A DNA stretch of 62,871 nt, filler included, from Chiloscyllium plagiosum (taxonomy: Eukaryota): assembly GCF_004010195.1 (NCBI RefSeq). It is 5 parts of one record of this genome, joined end to end, with 100 filler letters (N's around TTAATTAATTAA, not from the genome) between each part and the next. Parts side by side here need not be neighbours in the genome. Positions count along the whole stretch, not along the records: positions 59,015 to 62,871 come from NC_057713.1; 4 more parts are not named here. One strand, 5' to 3'. This document shows positions 61,850 through 62,871 of the stretch, piece after piece (within the stretch, counting starts at the first letter, position 1; the number at the start of each line of letters is the position of its first letter). The translations under genes and the position numbers were made by a program. Below the pieces are notes generated by a model, which ran no database searches, was not told the DNA's origin, and saw only the letters and a list, made by a program, of their open reading frames with translations.

Positions 61850-62871
61850 TATCAATACTTCACTCTCTCAGCGGAACAGGTAAGGGTTGTTTGACAGTGG
61901 CTGCTTGAAGGCTCGGTGACGTTTGTTTAACGGTTTAAATTTGAAAGTTTTTCTTAAAAAAAAGCGCGGAGCGGACCCGGAAGCTGGTGTAGTGCAAGCT
62001 TACCTGGGTAGGTTTTTTTTCCCTATAAAAGCGCGCAGGAGAGGAACCCGAGGCACTACAGAGGAGGAAGCACTACGCCCTCCTCCTCTAACCTAATAAT
62101 AAGACCCGTTGTGGTAAGTAGGTAAGTGCTGCATTTTGCTTGTTCTATTCTTTAGACCTAGTTTTTTTTTAAAAAGATTACTTTTAGAGGGATGGCAGTG
62201 CAATGTTCCTCTTGCAACATGTTTGAGGTGAGGGATGCCATGGTCGTCCCTGCTGATTACACTTGCAGAAAGTGCACCCATCTCCAACTCCTCCAAGACC
62301 GTGTTAGGGAACTGGAGCTGGAGTTGGATGAACTTAGGATCATTCGGGAGGCAGAGGGAGTCATAGATTGGAGCTTTAGGGAAGTAGTAACTCCAAAGAT
62401 TGCAGACAGATGGGTGACAGTGAGGGGGACTAGGAGGAAGCAGCCAGTGCAGGGAACCCCTGCGGCCGTTCCCCTCAAGAACAAGTTTTGGATACTTGTA
62501 GGGGGGACGACTTACCAGGGGTAAGCGATGGGGTTCAGGCCTCTGGCACGGAGCCTGTCCCGTTGCTCAGAAGGAAAGGGTGGAGAAGAGCAGAGCAATA
62601 GTTATTGGGGACTCGATAGTTCGGGGCACAGATAGGCGGTTTTGTGGGGGCGAGAGAGACTCACATTTGGTATGTTGCCTCCCAGGTGTAAGAGTACGTG
62701 ACGTCTATGATCGTGTTTTCCGGGTCCTTAAGGGGGAGGGGGAGGGGGAGCAGCCCAAAGTTGTGGTCCACATTGGCACCAACGACATAGGTAGGAAGAG
62801 GGCTGAGGATGTTAGGCAGGCTTCCAGGGAGCTAGGTTGCAAGCTCAGAGTTAGAACGAACAGAGTTGTTG
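61850..62871 (+). mobile_element. CR1 LINE 5' end: 5'UTR and ORF1 (Zn finger/zipper plus SGNH esterase, frameshifted)
   Basis: MAVQCSSCNMF...YTCRKC...RVRELELELDEL (62192-62524), then GDSIVRG and HIGTNDI; CpG-rich UTR with TATAAAA at about 62024. Confidence 0.93.

Noticed and set aside
1..62871. Giant element bounded by inverted CR1 ORF1 copies at the two window ends
   Set aside because: The copies are diverged with different 5'UTRs; independent insertions of an abundant family explain them.

Overview
Repeat-rich vertebrate genomic DNA, almost certainly from a cartilaginous fish (shark): it carries HE1-type SINEs and many CR1 LINE subfamilies, with five assembly gaps. Mobile DNA includes CR1, L1, Tx1-like, RTE, L2-like and Rex1/Babar LINEs, a two-LTR Gmr1-like Gypsy element (SCAN-gag, PR-IN-RT order, tRNA-Pro PBS, 4-bp TSD), a second Gypsy remnant, a Tigger-like MITE and two Penelope-like (PLE) lineages. 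Host sequence includes an intact 150-bp TMIE exon 3 (+), candidate minus-strand exons weakly resembling ALS2CL/ALS2, and two anciently duplicated, decayed copies of an unidentified coiled-coil ORF. The most striking signal is a swarm of about a dozen short, often palindromic PLE-terminus-derived elements built around minimal hammerhead-ribozyme cores; two carry perfect 12- and 16-bp target-site duplications. All calls were made by eye without database searches, and most TE boundaries are approximate.
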